This document shows, in pieces, positions 62,268 through 64,000 of a stretch of DNA of 64,000 bases. The notes below the pieces were generated by a model. It worked only from the letters and a program-made list of their open reading frames with translations. It searched no databases and was not told the origin of the DNA. Position 1 is the stretch's first letter, and the number at the start of each line of letters is the position of its first letter. Made by a program: the position numbers and the translations under genes. The stretch is from the NCBI RefSeq assembly GCF_902459465.1, contig NC_047082.1, positions 8,122,001-8,186,000 of the forward strand, in the 5' to 3' direction. This DNA is from Asterias rubens (Eukaryota).

Positions 62268-62700
62268 GGAGGTCCCGTGTTGTGAAATGCACGTTAAATA
62301 ACCTAGTGCACCTATAAAGAGAAGGGGTTCGCCGTTTCTGGTTTGATCGGCGGCACATTGTGCCACAGCAGCACCTTGTAAACCTTAACATAGTGTTTTG
62401 GAACAAGGAACTTGTCTCATACTTTATAAATGTGGCTCAACAATCTTGAGGACAACACTGGATATTGAAGCGCATTGGGAATCACTAAGTGACGGTCTTG
62501 ATGTGTCCTTAAGCAAAGCACTTTGCCATTATTGCTTCGTTCTACGGATGGGACTTAAAACTGTAGGTCCCGTGAGTTGTGTCACTAATGCACGTATTAG
62601 AACAAAGTGCGCTTATCGCAACGTCTAATGGACAGTGTCCCTGTGTTTCATGCCGTGGCTGCTGCCGAGCTGTTCGCCGCAGGAACCTCTTGCTACATAA
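62268..62700 (+). mobile_element. Two decayed copies of the same SINE central domain
   Basis: GGTCCCGTGTTGTG..AAGAGAAGGGGTTCGCC..AGCACCTTGTAAACC (62270-62385) and CTTCGTTCTACGGATGGGACTTAAAACTGTAGGTCCC (62535-62575). Confidence 0.65.
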
Positions 62701-64000
62701 ATGGGTCACATCATTCTGAAGTTTTTTTTTTCTTGTTCCATCGCGAATATCTTTGAACCCTCTACGCCCCTGTTTCCCACAGGTTAGAGGATTTTTTAAG
62801 CTGTTTTTTTTTTCCTCGAACGAGTGTATTATTAACATGTCCAGGCTTATTTGTTGGCTTTATATTATGTAAGTTTTATAATAAATTATTTGGTTTCATG
62901 TACATGTTTTCTTCTGCTCCATTCTAACCAAATCACTAACTCTAAGTTGATTGGCACCCCTCTAGGACTTGTGGAATAGTCTAGTTTAGGATATGATGGC
63001 ATTATGAGATGACCAGTCCGCACGAGGTGGTTAAGAGAAGACAGTGGACATTTAAAAACATATCAGCATGGGCTGAGAGTGACCGTCACTGCAGGGCTTC
63101 AGTAATAACTGACTTTTTTTTTGTTTACACAAAACAGCCGTGGAGTATCTGTTTTGTTTATATATATTTTTTAAATTTAATTTTTTTTTTTTTTTAATAT
63201 TATTATTATTATTATTATTTTTTTTTTTTTTACGAAACAGTCGTGGGGTATCTTGCTCGAAACAGATGGAAGCGCACTGCATTAGGCCGTCCCATCAATC
63301 ACGTGCAAGGGCAGGCACCTCGGAATAAATATCTCACACCTCAGTCAATCAAATATACATGGACTTGACAGGATGCTCCCCAACATCTACATTAATGATA
63401 CTGCTGAAATAATTGGCCTGGATTCCATAGGCTAAGTCTTTTGGGACTCCTTGTAAATCATCACAGACGGCTGTTCTCTAAATTAAAATAAAAACCTGTA
63501 TTCCTTCAAAAAAGGGCCGCGACAAACTGAACAGCAGTTGAGTAATATTTGTGACGTAGAAAAAAAAAGAGAAGGACTATATGTTCTGATTCTAAAATTT
63601 GAGGGTACAACTTTTCCGAAGTCTACAAGCACAATACATGCACTGTTGGGTCAGTTGTTATGATGATGTATCTTTGGGAATTTTATTAAGGGAATAAAAG
63701 AGTAGCGACGTGGTTTCAAACAGTCGTTGCATTTCAGTGTCAATAGTTTCCTCTCTGCCTGATTTATCCTAAAACAATAACGTAGATTGTTATCAGTTTG
63801 CAGAGAAGATTAAGTTTTAGTCCTCTCGCATTTTTAATTACATTTCAGTCACAGATGAGCTGTTAAATACATTCGAAAGAGTCATGTTAAACGAGGGAAA
63901 TGTCATCCTAACGCACACAATCAGGGTTTACTGTTGAAAACTTCGGTAGAGGTTTTTGATATAATAACCAAAAAAACATTTATGATTGTTATCTTCCGAT

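Overview
AT-rich, repeat-rich eukaryotic DNA with spliceosomal introns. It is probably from an invertebrate deuterostome (sea-star-like repeat families; the taxon is inferred). The first 21 kb is gene-dense. It holds the 5' part of a KHDRBS/STAR RNA-binding gene (-), two paralogous signal-peptide NTF2/SnoaL-like genes (-) on either side of a complete ARFRP1 (+), and a 19-finger C2H2 zinc-finger gene (+). From about 21 to 48 kb I found no recognisable coding exons; this desert leads into an ID/emc HLH gene (+; CDS 48735-49172 + 54143-54244). Interspersed repeats include TTAA-flanked (Kolobok-like) MITEs, other MITEs, tRNA-derived SINEs, Penelope-like fragments and tandem repeats. Most notable: (1) a dispersed family of minimal type I hammerhead-ribozyme motifs, one with an intact U3-A8 variant core; (2) the secreted NTF2/SnoaL-like paralog pair, one copy with a disrupted first exon; (3) a Bicore1-like element plus three perfect GGCGCC-N5-GTCTG BMP/Smad elements upstream of ID; (4) recurrent CATGGAG(G) micro-hairpins with covarying arms. 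Everything was read by eye; no searches or folding programs were run.
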